A stretch of DNA of 64,000 nt from the human T2T-CHM13v2.0 reference genome, Homo sapiens, in NCBI RefSeq assembly GCF_009914755.1, contig NC_060932.1. The stretch is one strand, 5' to 3'. Shown here piece after piece: positions 14,376 to 28,960 of the stretch. A program made the translations under genes and the position numbers. Numbering within the stretch: the first letter of the stretch is position 1; every line of letters begins with the position of its first letter. The notes under the pieces are model-generated. The model worked only from the letters and a program-made list of their open reading frames with translations, had not been told where the DNA came from and searched no databases.

Positions 14376-15759
14376 TATGTCATTATATATGTTATGGAAA
14401 TGGATGTTCTAATTATTTTTTCAGACTATCAGATTGCATGCTTCAGCAATGCTGAAATGTAATACTATCTTATGTTTAAAAAACAAAGTAAAACAAAAAA
14501 CTATCAATTCTTTGAAAAGTTTATTGCATTTCAAAGAGCAGTCAAATAATATGCATAGACAAGTGAAAATTGACCCCCAGTGGTCTGGGGAAAATGTAAA
14601 TGAATTTATTAACGTTTCAAAAATGACACTTTAGGAGACTCAACTGATAATGCTTGTGGCAAGTGTATTGGCGTGAAATAAATGAAGAATGCCTTCATTT
14701 GTAGGCTTAATTTACTAAAAGAAATCAGGACTTACCTCCTGTAAGTCACTGTTGGCAGATGATTTAAATGGCTGTGAGAGTAATCATTTGATTTAAAGAA
14801 TAATTCCTTTTTATGTTTTACTATTGCTACAGAATAAGATTATCATCTCTTTATAAGCTTTTTATCCTCTGTCATTTTCTGTAGTAGCTTTCCTACTTAT
14901 AGCCTGTATCTTCTTTGGAGGTAATATGACCTCAAATTTGTTCCTTGCCTATAGAACATCTCTGTAATCAAATTACAGTTGAGAAAAGCCCATGATTACA
15001 CACCTCACTATCAGGCTGCATTTTGAGTGATAGTGGAAAAAAGAACTACCAAGCCTGGCTGCTCCCATGAGAATAAGTTTAGATAGGAAGTCAAGGCTCA
15101 CCCCAATGCTCTCTCTCAAGTCTCACCTCCCCTCTTCCATCACTACCACCACTCAGTGCCCCAAATCCAAATTTAAAATATAGCCTTGTCTTTAGACTTA
15201 GAGTAGCACAACTTTTGTATTTAAATCAATATTGTCCCATTTCACTGAGATTAGACATCATATTAACTATTTGGGAATCTGTAAAACCACAGGACCCTAA
15301 AAAATTAACACATTTGATATTTGGGGCCACCTAGAACTGACAGTCTCCAGAAGGCCTAAAACTTCAACAGAAGTAGCAGCTCCAAGTGAGTTTGAAGCCT
15401 AGTTGCTGCTTGGACTGTGCTTCCTATTCCAATACCCCTGTCTTCTTCTCTTGCCTGGCTCATTGCATCTTCTATAATGCCCAGTATCTCATGCCCATCT
15501 GTCCTTTTCACACTTAATTCAGTGTTTATTGAGAAAGAGACAGCTACTATTTATTGAGCATAATACATGTTGACCACAGTGCATACATTATCTCAATTAG
15601 TCTTTTAGCCCAACTGCACTGAGTCACTCTCACAGTCAGGCACCTGGTACATGGTAGGTACACAATCTACTTTCCTCAGCTCTCTCTTCACCTTCCTAAT
15701 AGTTCATTTGTCTCATCCCAACTGAGATTCGTTCATGTGGCACAAGTATTTATGGAATA

Positions 15760-16170
15760 CTGTGTCTGCTCAAATCCTCTAGAAACAGAAGCCAAGTGCA
15801 AGAGATATGTTGGGAGAAATGCCCTTGGAAGGTAAAGGGGAGAGGGAACAAGAGCAGTGGGAAGATCCTTCAGGCTGCCCTGCAGGTCTGGCACCTGTGA
15901 AAAGAGGAGGAAATGGAAGTTGGGCTGGCAGAGAGCCTCTGACAAAGTTTTGGCTATGCCAGTGGGACGCCCGAGGGCAAAGACTGCTCATAAGAGGAGT
16001 CCCCCCTGACTTACACCATCCTTAGTCCTTGGCAAGGAATACTGGAGAGGATGTGGCTTCAGCATGAACACTGCTGATCCCCAAGGTGTGGCAGCTGGAG
16101 ATGGGTAGTTAAGCATACTTAAAACAGTTTCTCTCTGTGGTCCCTTGGTGACTGCCATAGTGTATACCAG
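15760..16170 (-). mobile_element. ERVL LTR (LTR16-like)
   Basis: gcaagagatatgttgggagaaatgcc...gcaggtctggcacctgtgaaa...ggtgtggcagctgga. Confidence 0.55.
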
Positions 16171-17549
16171 GATGTGATTTGAGGAACATGGGCAAAAATT
16201 CAAGAATCTGTGAAAATTCAGCTTTAAAGATCCACTTCTCTTACTCTCAAAGGTTTTTCAGTCTTTAAGAGTCTAGTCTTTACAAGTTTTTAAAAGTAAA
16301 TATCCCTGGGAATAGAAAGATCTAAAGTCCTAGTTACTGAATAACTTAGCAGAGGGTAGTTAAAAGCTCACTAAAAGTAAAGAGATGGGACCCAAAATTT
16401 ATTTGAGCTGGAGCAAGTTTAGAAACTCTGGAACAGAGAGATGTGCAGAAAGAAATAGTGATGAACCAAAAACCAATTCCCTAGGTTTAGCTTTGCCATA
16501 GTTTAAAATATGTTGATGCTCAAATCTTGTCCCTCATGTGTGTGATATTGTACAGTACATTTGATTTTTGTATGTGTTTATTATACCTTTGATTCAGAAA
16601 GGTTTACAATGCTTCCTTCTTTGTCATAAGAAACTCATAATTCAGGTGGGTGCTTGTTTCTTATACCAGCATGAAGCTAAACATAATAGTTTGAAACTAC
16701 TGAAAATATTGAAACAGAATAGTTCTGAAAATATTATTTTCAGAATATTCTGGGACCTTAACTGCACAGTATGTAGGAAGAAAGGAAACATTCCTTCCTC
16801 CCTACAGTCTGATACACTAGTGAGAATAATAAGCATTACTAAAACAACAATGAGCACTCAATGGGGAGCCTTGAAGAGTACCTTAGTGTTTAATACAGTG
16901 CTGTAAAGGCATGAACCTTTCCCCTGCCTTTCTCTATGAGTAAACTTAGTGTTGCTGCATTTTCCTTATTAGAATTATTTTCATTTCATTAGTAAAATAG
17001 GCAGTTGTTCGGGAGTAGAGCAACTGACCTTAGTCTTTATATACCAATATGGGATGATTCAAGGGTCATGTGAAATGTCAAGCTACACACAACAGAACAA
17101 GCATAATTCTGTGTACTCTGAATCTTCCCACATTGATCACTTTTGAGGCCAGAAAGTAACAACAGAAGGGTAGAGTAGGCATGACAGAATTGCTTCACCA
17201 ATGGAACAAAGAGGAAAAATGGTTCTTTTCTTCTTCAACTCTAGATGAACCAGTGAACACAGACTTAGCCAGTTCCAGGATGGAAACTGAGCCCCATGTT
17301 CTCATTTCATATATTTGAGAAAACAAACACAAAGGGGTTAGTAGACTTGCCTAAAATCATAGTATGAGTCAATGGCAAAGCCCATAACCCAGTGTAGAAT
17401 CTTATCCTCTATAAGGGTAGGAAAAGTATTATTCAGAATTGGGTAGAATTAGTTCTTTCCCTTCCAATCACTAAACTGTTAACACAATGCCTCTTGGGAG
17501 CATAATTAAGACTATCACTATAACCTTCCAGGTACAGGATTCTTTATCT

Positions 17550-17563
17550 GTTGCCATGGCAAA
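17550..17563. promoter_or_regulatory. Near-perfect RFX X-box
   Basis: GTTGCCATGGCAAA, 13/14 match to the palindrome GTTGCCATGGCAAC; function unproven. Confidence 0.45.
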
Positions 17564-18753
17564 GGAGCAAAATCTAAGCCCCTGATTAAAATGAATGCTT
17601 TTGTAAGAAATAATCAAGATCCCTGTCAGGGTTTCATCACGCTCTTATACTCTTTGTCATTTTTTTATATGACCCCAAGCCTGGGGCTCAAAGTGCCTAC
17701 TTGAAATTTCTTTTTGTTGTTTGTATAATAACTGAATTAGTTTTGCTCCAGCAGTTTCTTGATGATTTTTCAGTAAGATAAAGGTACTTTAATCAGTCTA
17801 AATACTTGAACATTTTTATTTCAGTGGTAAAAAATAGACTGAGGCAGAGTGAAGTTATAAATTAGAATCTAAAAATTTACCCTTCAACATTAATATTTTT
17901 TAGTGCTCTAATATAAAACACAGAAAACCTATCTCAAATATAAAAGATGAATATAAAATTATTAATTAAACAACTGGCAGCCTGGAGATATTCATTCCAG
18001 CATAGGCTTTGATAAATCTTTTCCTGAAGGCAGTTAAACCTTTTTGAGAAAAACCTTCTGAGGCTGATATGATTTAAGTCTCTCTGTTAAAAAAAAAAAA
18101 AAAAATGGTGTTTATAAATTATGCTGCCTTTTTGCTACTCTCAGCTTAAATAGATGATGTTTCCTTTCCTTTTTTAATTGCTGGTTTTCAGCTCTGAAAA
18201 GCTTTCCTTCCAGCGGTGCCCTCAAGGGCACAGTTTTATAATCAAGAGCCTTTGACCCTTGTAGCCTCATGAGACTAGAACCCACTGTTTCTCTCCAGGT
18301 ATGTTTAACACAGACCTGGGAACAATCGAAAAGCTTTTCGTGTTTTGTGCTTTAAACATCTTTTGATAAAATGGTGCAGGAAAATGACACCAGTATTCTA
18401 GTCTAGCCGAGGAGAGCTATGTGGTCTTCAGCAAGTCTCCTTAATTTATCTGGCCTTCCTTTTGAAAATGAGCAATTTGTATTCAGTGGTTCCTTCTAGC
18501 TCTATGTCTTTAGTGGGTTTGCTGATTGCCTGTGAAATTTGTATAGTACGACCATTTGACCCTGAATTTTGTTTTTCGCTTCAACAGACTATGTATACTC
18601 TGTTCTTGTCATTAATTGAATAGTATCGCTCTCTCACACTAACTTGAGCCTTGTAGTTACACACATTTAATGGAGGAATGAGAATGTTCCTTCATTAGCA
18701 AACCCTATCTATATTTAGTGTTTGGCTAAAACCTCGTTTGCACTCTCTGTATT

Positions 18754-18776
18754 TGTGTGTGTGTGTGTGTGTGTGT
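18754..18776. repeat. (TG)n microsatellite
   Basis: Directly visible. Confidence 0.9.
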
Positions 18777-18991
18777 TAATGTTACATAAGTATTTGTTGA
18801 AGCATTTTAATCTATACTGCAAAAGGATGTTTTATTTCCTTCTTTAATGTACTTTGCACAGTTATATTTACAAAGGAATATTCTATAAATAATAGAGGTA
18901 CTAATCCACATATTTTATTCTTTCTCTTAAAAATAAGAAAAGCCTATTTTTTGAAACTTCTCAGATTGTTCTGTTATGAAACATCACTACT

Positions 18992-19292
18992 GGCTGGGTG
19001 TGGTGGTTCACACCTGTAATCCCAGCACTTTGGGAGGCCGAGGAGGGTGGATCACTTGAGGTCAGGAGTTTGAGACCAGCCTGGACAACAGGGTGAAACC
19101 CTGCCTCTAGTAAAAATACAAAAATTAGCCAAGCACAATGGCACATGCCTGTAGTCCCAACTATTCGGGTGGCTGAGGTAGGAGAATCGCTTGAACCCAG
19201 GAGGCAGAAGTTGCAGTGAGCCAAGATCCACTGCCACTGCACTCCAGCCTGGGAGACAGAGTGAGACTCTAAAAAAACAAACGAACAAACAA
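18992..19292 (+). mobile_element. Full-length Alu (J/S age)
   Basis: ggctgggtgtggtggttcacacctgtaatccc...gagtgagactct plus A-rich tail. Confidence 0.95.
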
Positions 19293-19539
19293 TTATTACT
19301 ATTAAGTTACATACGTAGAAAAGGAGTCAATTGAATTACGTTGTACTTACTAATGCAAAGGGGCTCTCTGTCTCTCTTCATGTGTGTATAACACACACAT
19401 AAATTATATATATAATGTACCTGTACACACATTTTACAGTTTATATTCTATAAATGTTCAAGTTTATCAATAGTTAAATAAATATAAATTAAATTGACAA
19501 TAAAACATACTTCTATCAATTAAAAATGTTTAAAATAAT

Positions 19540-19980
19540 AATGCCAATTGTTCAAAAACACAGGAAAACGAAGACTCTTAAACATGATAATGGGACTTTA
19601 AATTAGTACTACCTGTAGGAGGGCAAACTTAGTGACCTTCTACCTGTAGGAGGGCAAATGTGAGAAAATATGTCTCACATTTTCAATTTAGGTATTATTC
19701 TACCTAGTAATTTCATTTCTAGAACATTAACTCGGAAATAATTTAGTATGTATACAAGGAATATTCACCATATAAATGTTTATACTAAGAAAAATTAGAC
19801 AACTATCTTTAGTTTATATTCAACAATATGAGATTGATGAATAAATTATAAATATAAAATATACTATTTGGCTATTAAAAACTATATCATATATGAATAC
19901 AATTGACATGGAAAGATGTATGTATTTTTATGTGCAAATAACTGATTTAAAATGTACATGTAGTTGGTTTTGAAAAAACA
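19540..19980 (+). mobile_element. Old L1ME-like 3' fragment
   Basis: atgtatacaaggaatattcac...ataaattataa...atactatttggctattaaaaa...gacatggaaagatg. Confidence 0.55.
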
Positions 19981-20499
19981 ATATATTATAGATATTTCAA
20001 TAGCTTTATTGAGTTATAATTTATATACCATAAAATTAACCAAGTGTAAGCATACAATTAAATATTTTTATTAAATTTATAGAGTTATACAACGACCACT
20101 GCAATCCCATTTTAGAACAATTTTTTAAAAATATTTTATGTTGCCAATCTGTATTTTCTAATTTATAACATTGCTACTTCAAAAGTGAAAGTTATTTATA
20201 TTTTTAATTTAAAATTTTCATACAGCTTTATCTGCAGAAAAAAACATGTCACATATCTTTTCAACCACTTTAGTCTGTAATTGTAGGTTTGTTATAATAA
20301 AAGTCAGTAGAGTTTTAAGGTAGTTACTAAAAACAGTTGCTTTTTATTTGTTAATTTTTTCTATGGATCAATGATTACTTACTCATGAACAAAAAAGTCA
20401 AAACTTACCTGTTAGCTATCTGACTTTAGGCAGATTACTTTATCTCTTATGACAAGTTTGGGAGGTCCAAATAAATGAATCCATAGAAAATACTTAGCA

Positions 20500-22150
20500 A
20501 CTTCTGTTTATAGCAGTTTGGGGGAAGAGATTCTTTCAACAATTCTGTTGCTGAAACAAACTAAAAATAATGGATAGAATATATTTTTACATTTCTGAAA
20601 TGTATCCAAGCCCTGGCAAGAAAGCAAAGACTTCTCAGAGGCCAAAATGTAAGTGAAAGAGGGAACACAAAGAAATAAGCAGTAGGAAGCGGCTTTAATT
20701 CATTGACCTTACATTTCAGTTTTGAAGACTTTCAGCACTGGGGCAAGAGAAAGCGTAGCCACCAGCACCCCGCAAGGTAAGGATTCTGATAACAACCTTC
20801 TGCAAAAACTTGGAACCCAAAAGCCTTTACTGTTCCTCGAAAGGAAAGTTACCCCTAGTGATCCAGGGCACCAAATAAACAAAGGGGGAAAGAAGTCTGC
20901 CCTGAGAATTTATAACTGCAAGTCAGCCCTCATGTAAATGTGCAGGCCAAATCAATTTCCTGGGTGGAGGGGAAAGCCTCAAGCCAAGAATTTAATTTAA
21001 AATTATTCCAAGATGATGGTGCCCCCAGATACTGGACAAAAGCAAAATCAAATTCTCTCTTAATCTAGATCTGGTAAAATTTCCACAGATTAATCCTGCA
21101 AGGAATATGTACTGAAAGCAAAAAAAAAATCTCAAAACATACTTCAGACAGTATTAAAAGACTTTATATATTGAAATCATCAGCTAAATAATAAGTATGT
21201 TAATATATTTATATAAATATATGTGGGATTAAAAATAGGAGAAATGAGCAAGATATAAAAAAGACAAAACAAATTTGAGAAAGCACAAAAAGATTTGCTA
21301 AACATTTAAAAAATACAATAATTGAAATGAAAACATCAGGAAACCAGTTTTACGGTAGATTAAATAGAGTAGAAAAGAGAATTAGTGAACTAGAGGACAC
21401 AACTGAAGATACCACAGAGAATGTGACTTAGAGAGACAAAGATTTAGAAAATAGAAAAGAAGTTAAGAGACCTAGAAGATTGAGTGGGAAGGTCCAATAT
21501 ACCTCTAAGCAAATTTCCAAAAGAATTAATGAGAAAATTAGCAGAGAAGACAAATAATAAAAAAAATTGTATATCTATAAACCAACAATAGTTAGAACAT
21601 GTATAGAAACCTAATTTATGATGGATCTGGCAAAAATGTATAGAAATCTTACTTGTGAAAGAGCTGACATGACATATCAGTGCCAAAAAAAATACTGGAC
21701 TGTTCAATAAATGGTGCTAGAAAAATGACTTATCTATATGAAAACAAAAGAGTTAAATTCTGAATCCATACACAAAAATCAATTCCAGTTTAAGACTTAC
21801 ATGTGTAAAAATTTAAGTTTTAGTATAGAAGAAAATAGTTTAATGACTAGAGTAAGAAGGATTTCTTAAACAAGATGCAAAATATAAACTATACCTTTAG
21901 AACATAGTATGGCATAACTTTCACTTTATTAAGTTGTATATCAAGACAGCACTTACAAATTGAAAAAACAAACAAACCAAGAGAATTTGCAAAACTTAAC
22001 TACCAAGGGCTGGTGTTAAAAACATTTAAACAAATGCTATAAATCAATAAGGAAAAATTAGAATACATAATAGCAAATGATTTGGCAAAATACAGGAACA
22101 GGAACTTCAGAAAGAAGCCAGGGAAAGTCCAATATAGCTATGAAGAATTA
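20500..22150 (+). mobile_element. Old L1M fragments (5'/ORF1-like, then ORF2 3' part)
   Basis: gagaattagtgaactagaggac (ORF1-like); ttcaataaatggtgctagaaaaa and gatttcttaaacaagatgcaaaa (ORF2-like). Confidence 0.65.
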
Positions 22151-22379
22151 CTGAAACTCTTGTTTGCAGAGAGTTGTAATGTGCAGTGTTGGGCAATTGT
22201 GACTTATCTTAAGCCAAGTTAGTGCAGTGGTTCAAGAGGTCCGTGCAGATAATTTAGCACTTGTACCCTAGAGTTTAAGTGTCTGGTGGAAGACAGAAGA
22301 GCAAGCCTGCACAGTCAATAGCCACAGGTTCATAGGCAGTTGGAACAAGGATTCATACATATTGTTTTAGCTGTGGATT

Positions 22380-23560
22380 TCAAGAAAGGAGAGAAAGAAA
22401 AAAAATTGCAGATTAATTGTTCTATTATTTTCTAAGGTTTTACTATATTGCATCTGGGTGCTAATTTCATCTGTGCTGCTGGGCATCTGCTGTGATTTCT
22501 GACTCTGAAGAGTCATACCTTTGTTTAATACTGCAAAATTATCAGCAATTGTCTCTTTTCTGTTCTCTTTGTTCTCCTCTTAGAACTCCTTATATGTAAG
22601 TTAAATACTCTCGTTCTCTTCTCTGTCACTTCTATTTCATATTGTTCATCTCTCTGCTTCAGTTTGGATAATTACTTCAGATTAATATTCTAGTTCCTAA
22701 TTATTCTTCATCTGTATCTAATCTATTTCACATATCCATTGGATGTTTATTTTTTGGAAGTTCTTACTGCCTCTTTTGAAAACTGCCCGGTTTCTTGCAA
22801 TAGTCTCTCACTCCTTTCTCCTGCTTTTCATTACCCTTTTTATGTCTTTGAACATTTGAAGCATATTATCGCTGACTCTTTTTTATGATACTTTTTTTCT
22901 TTGTGTGATATGGATATGTGCGGGTAGATTGGCATTTTTCCACTATTAGTTTATACTTGGCTGATTAAATCATTGGGGATTTGATGTATTTCTTTACGGA
23001 GAATATGTTTTTGTTTATGCCAGCTGCCTCAACATACTACCAATACAGAACTGAGGTGAGTTAATCTCTCAGTTTTGGGCTTCCCTGAATATGCAGGTAT
23101 AGGAGTTCGAACCTCAGACTGCTGAGTGGACTGAATCTTGATTTTAGGTTTTCAGGAGAGAGTTTTGCACCCAGAATTAAGACTGAGAAGACTTATTTGT
23201 CATCTTCCTTTGTTCACGCATAGAGTTTTTTTCCCAGCTCTCTTTTAGTAAAAATGTGGTCCTTTGAGTGTTCCAGCTTCAACCCCCTACCTTGACTCAT
23301 CCTCTGTTCTTCCAAAAGTTGTTAAAATCTGGAACTTAAGAGTCTCCAGTTAAAGAAAATGCCTACAGTAGAGCAAGGCCTTCAATGCAAGATTACTGTC
23401 AGTCTCTTTGTCTCCTGTTCATTGTTGACGCTCTTGGTTTTCTCTTATGTTCTTAGAAGCTTTGTTGTACATTCAAATAATATTTGCCACACTTTACCTT
23501 TTATAGTGCATTCTATAGAAGGAGTATTTTAGGATACTTAACTAATCCTAATGCCAAAAT
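22380..23560 (-). mobile_element. Old L1M 5'/ORF1 fragment
   Basis: ttcagattaatattctagttcctaattattcttcatctgtatctaatcta = antisense ORF1-like. Confidence 0.55.
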
Positions 23561-23694
23561 TGGAACTTTCAGAAATTTTGTTTAATGTAAATATTACCTT
23601 CCAATTTATCAATAAGACATTCAGAACTAATTTTAAGTAGTCTGTATAGTCATCTAGAAACCTTTTTCAGAAAGGAGGATGCAGGTAGATTTGA

Positions 23695-23949
<255 letters not shown>

Positions 23950-23997
23950 TAATAATGAAAATTTGAGGGTCTTTACTTCTTATAATCCACCCAATTT

Positions 23998-24072
<75 letters not shown>
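23998..24072. repeat. Compound (TG)12(GA)26 microsatellite
   Basis: Directly visible. Confidence 0.95.
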
Positions 24073-24075
<3 letters not shown>

Positions 24076-24427
24076 AGTAGACTGCATTGTTTTAGCTAGC
24101 TAATACTATGAACTCTTGGCTTATTTTTCCAGATGACCATTAAAATTCCAGTTAGCTTCTGAGCCTGTCTAGATACTCCTAAAATGCCAGGAGACCTTGA
24201 CACAAACTCAATGCTAAGAAAGGCAAGCCCAGGCTATGATTTCAGGCTATAGCCAGTCTCTTATGTTACCCAGTCATTTTCTTGAACATGTGTGAGAAAT
24301 AGTGCTGTCTTTCAATCCTGATTTCTAAATGTGGGATATAGAACACAATAAAGTTACAGGTACAGACAGATCATCCACACCCCTTGCTTTCAGTCACAGG
24401 CCATATTGAAATGTAATAAAAAATACA

Positions 24428-24615
24428 ATGTATTTCACTATTTCTAGGATACATATGTTTCCTTTTTCTGACAGCTATGAAATTGGGATATATCTATCAA
24501 TTGATGGTGCATAAAAGTTAACTGGTGATATTGTTATTTCCTTGTGGTGTATAAAATACCAAAATAGTGGTGCATCTTATAATTAATGGCACTTTATATT
24601 TGATGAAGTACAGTA
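24428..24615. mobile_element. MER104-like TcMar-Tc2 fossil
   Basis: Degenerate TIRs tgtatttcac...tgatgaagtacagta; internal tgaaattgggat...ggtgcatcttataatt. Confidence 0.55.
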
Positions 24616-25559
24616 TTTTGGTTTTTAAATCCCACTGGAAAAAAAAGTCTTACCTGTTTGTTATTCTGAGCAAGTTATCTATTCCCAAAGGTTATTTTTT
24701 CCTGAATAAAAAATTACCAGAATATTTTGGTATTCTTTCATAGTGAGCCACAAGGGAAAATTAAATCCAGAAATGTGTCAGTTTTCACATATTTATAAAC
24801 TACTATTTTCCATACACTATGCTGTTTAGAAATGCTCATAATATTTTAATGTTCAATTATTCTTCTGTCACAAAATTTGTTTAGATCAAAAGCAAGGATA
24901 ATTCGCCTTTGAAAGCACAGAGATCATATATGATATTTTGAAAAATGTATTTGTGTCTGACAAATTTAGTAACTTAGGCCTATTAACTCAACATATTATA
25001 GGACTGTGGTTAAAATAGAACTATCCATCTGACACATATACTGTTTAGGAACAGTAACATTACAAATGAGTGTTATCCTTTGAGTATCATTTATGTCAAC
25101 TTTGTCTCATGTGTATTCCATAAGCTTAAAAATGATATTCAAAGAAAAGTGTGTGAGCAATAAGGTGGAAAGCAGTGTATTTATGGGGAAGAAATTTTGG
25201 TGATATTTTATCATCAATATCAACAAACATAAATTGAATCCAATTTATGTACGAACATAGTTCTGTGTTCTTCATACTTAAAAACGTAACATTTGGTTCT
25301 ACGTTACACTCCAGAAAAATGCATGCTAGCAGTTGAGAAGATGGCATATAAGAGGTGTTAAAAATTACTAATTTGGAAGTGTTTACAGATTTTCTTGTCC
25401 TACTGCCTGCCAAAGAGTCCTGTATTTTACAGCCCCTATCTGTCTACTCCACAGCTCCTCAAACATATGAATATAGTATATTTCTACTAGACTGGTTCCT
25501 ACACATACCTTAACCTTTTTATTGTAAAACAAAACAAAAAGGAAAGCCACACAAATCAA

Positions 25560-27990
25560 ATGTAGAACTTCATGATCATAAGGCAAACACTCTTGAATCC
25601 ATCACCAAGATTTTAGAAACCTGACCTACCAGTTACCCCAGAAGTCTTTCCACATGCTCTGTCCCAATTATGATTCCTCCTTCCCCTGAAAATAACTACC
25701 AATGGATCCTTCTAGTAGTCACTTCCTTGTGTTTTATTATGGTTTTATTACACAGATTTTCATTCCCAGAAACTGTAGTTAAATTGTACTCATTTTCTCT
25801 GTATTGCATTTCTTTTAATTTATAGGCTATCTTGCAATCGCTTTTATTTATATATTTTTACAGTTTATCCGTTACAGAGCCCAGAGAGGTGCTTATGCTC
25901 ATGGTTTAGGCTTTACTGATTGCCAATCATGGTACAAGTAAGCACGTTCTTCTGAACTCTATCTTTGCTAGAAATTGTCAGCTAAATCCAGAGGCTAATT
26001 TGACAAAACTATAGTGGATAGTGTGTTCTCCTGTCAAGGATCACATCTTTTAGTTGTTTTTATTTTTGAGGTTGGCAGCCTTTGATACTCAGTGACTGAA
26101 ATAGTGATCAGCAAACTCCAGCCATTGGCCAAATTCTGCCAGTCATATATTTTATATGGTCTATGAACATAGTCCAACTAATTCAGTTATATCTATGGCT
26201 GCTTTCATGTGATCTCTTGTTCACAAAATCTAAAATATTTACTGTCTAGGCCTCTACGAAAAAAAAAAAAAATGTTGCCTGGATCTGGTCTAGATCACCA
26301 GTATTTATGTTGAAGTCTCCCTGGTTGTTTTGGTTGTCTGCAGCTCATTTTCTAAGATTCCTGAGGAAGGGCTCACAAGAACAATATTACCTGAGTTTTA
26401 GCATGTTCACAATTTTCGGGGACCGTTTATACTTAAAAGACAATTTTTCCTGATACAAAATTCTTGGCTCTATTTTAAATATCTTAAAATATGTTACTAC
26501 GTTTTTTTCTGGAATAAAAGTGTTGGTTTTGGAAAACCTTGTGGTAATCTAGATTTTGTTTTGTTTTTTACTCCATAAGTCATTTGCTCTATATGTCTCC
26601 ATGCATGAAGAATTCTTGCTTTGTCAGTCCAGCAATTTTACGAAAATATGTCTTGATGTGTTTGTTCTGAGTCGATATTCTCATACATATGGCATACTTT
26701 CAGTGTTTAATATCAAATCATTTTATTTTAGGAAAACATTCTTGAATAATAGTTTCTAGTGTTATTTTCCTTTGTTAGTTTCTATCCTTCCTTAGAAATT
26801 CTATTATCAGTATATTGTATATTCTTTGTATATTCAACATTTGTCACTTCCTCTCAAATCCCTTTTATTTGTTTTCTTTGTTATTTTTTATTTTAAAAGC
26901 TTTCTTTCCTTTCATTTTCTCTTATTAAGGTATTACATGTAATGTTTATTTGTTTTTATGTTCCTTCTAATTTTGACTTAATTTCGGAAATAATACTTTT
27001 CTTCCATTACTAATTCTTTTCTGAATCCTATCACTTCATTTCTGAGTTAATCTAACTCTGATTTATGTTTTTGTTCATTTCTTGAAATCTTTTTCTTAAT
27101 TTCTAGCTTATTTTTAAATACTTGGTTGCACTTGGGTCTGTTTTGTCATCTTGTCTTTCTGGTATGCTTTCATTGTCTGCAGGGATGTTATTGTGCTTCT
27201 TATTTTTCTTTTTCTTATTATAACCTTGCATAGGATTTGACCTTAATAATTTTTTGCTGCTTTTAAGAATTCAGTTTTCCTGAATTTTTTCAAAGGAAGT
27301 TGTGTTCAAAATTGTTTTTCTAACTTCACAGGGCTTCCTCTTAAGTGGTTTGTCTTATAGTACTGAAAAAATAAGGCAGCTTTTCTTCCAAGGCTTTCTG
27401 GCTCTGTTTCTCTCCCCAACTTTTTATCTGAATCTCCCTTTTTATTTCTTGTCTCTGTGACCATCCCTCTCAATTTTGAGTCCACTCCTAGCTAATTCCT
27501 CAGTGTAGGTCCCTCCTGACATAGCCCTTGGAGTGACCGATTTTAAGAGTTCACAGGGGCTACACAGTTCCAATCCCTTTAGGACTTACTAAGATTTTTG
27601 TGCTCTCTCATTTTTGTACTCAACCACTTTTGGATAAAATGACTGCCAGTTTCAGTTGCTATTCTCAAATTAGCCATTGTTATTCTAGTGAACATTTGTT
27701 GGCTACTTTGGAGTTCTCTTGCTCTCAGGTTTGTCTCATAACCCATTGTGTTCCTTTGTTTCTGCCTACACATCCAGCAACACCATGCAATGCATCTCTT
27801 GTGGCTGTCAGTGATTTTGTCCTTACCCACCTGCAATTGTAGGTTGATGATGACACCTTGTCATCTAGTTTTGTTGCATTCATTGTCTATTGGAGCTTTT
27901 TGTTGTTGCTGTTTTCTAGTTGTTTGCTCTGTTTTTATGTGAAGATTCCAAGGGTTTTATAAACTATGCCACCAACATGGCCATCTTCCC
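25560..27990 (-). mobile_element. Old L1M fragments (with MER58 insertion)
   Basis: T-rich antisense L1-like sequence, e.g. aaagacaatttttcctgatacaaaattcttggc; ends gccatcttcc. Confidence 0.55.
26102..26290. mobile_element. MER58-like hAT fossil
   Basis: cagcaaactccagcc...ggctgctttc...aaaatatttactgtctaggcctctac. Confidence 0.7.
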
Positions 27991-28544
27991 CAAATCCTCC
28001 TGTTACTATTTTGTGGTTTCTACACAACTGTGATACAGAACAAGAACTGGGCCTAGATGAGTAAAACCAGACTCATACAAATTTGAGGAGAAAGGAAGAA
28101 ATCTTAGCCAATATACATATAAAGATATAGGAGAGAAAGGAAGAAAGAGGAGTAAAATCAAAGACTAAGAAAGAATTTTGGAAAGATTCTAGAAAACAAG
28201 ATGTTCTATAGGAGGATATGGCTCATAGAATTCAGAGGAGAGAGAGGGGAATGCAAGAAGTACTGTTTATAAATTGTATCTGATTGTATATATTATAAAT
28301 TGTGTCTAATTTACTATATCTAATTTACTAATTTACTATACTTGAGGCGAATCAAGTCAAGAATGGAAAAATTTTTGATAAATTTTGCACTTGAACTCTA
28401 CATATTAAACTTGACACTCCTCAAACACCAAATTCCATGGATCACAGCTTCAATCTGGTAACAAGTATGTATATAAAAGGTGTACATTTTTGAATAAGCA
28501 AGGTAGCAGATATGCAGTAGAAAATATGTGTCAAAAATAACTCA

Positions 28545-28960
28545 GGAAAATTAATATTTGTGAAGAGCCTGCTATGTGCCAAACACTAGCTACATATTTG
28601 TCCTAGCAATAATTCTGAGGTGAAGTATTATCACAGCAAACAAACCCAGGTCTTGTGAAGTTTGAGCCAATGATCTGTCCATTACACTTTATAATATCCT
28701 TTCTCCAATGGGTTAATAGCAATAATGAGCATTTATCAAAAATTATGAGCTAGATACCCTACTGTGTGTGCCACATGCTGTATTTAATTTTAATACTTGC
28801 AACAAACTTATGATAACTATTCTTATCCATAGTTAAGGAAATAGGGATGTTAAAAGGTTGAATACTTTCCAAAGTTCACACAGCTGTCAAGTGGCATAAA
28901 CACAGAACGTAAGTGTGACTGTCTTCAGAGCCAGCTTCTTAACCACTACATTATGTTATT
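28545..28960 (-). mobile_element. MIR fragments
   Basis: gagcctgctatgtgccaaacact...; ccaaagttcacacagctg...cttaaccactaca. Confidence 0.6.
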
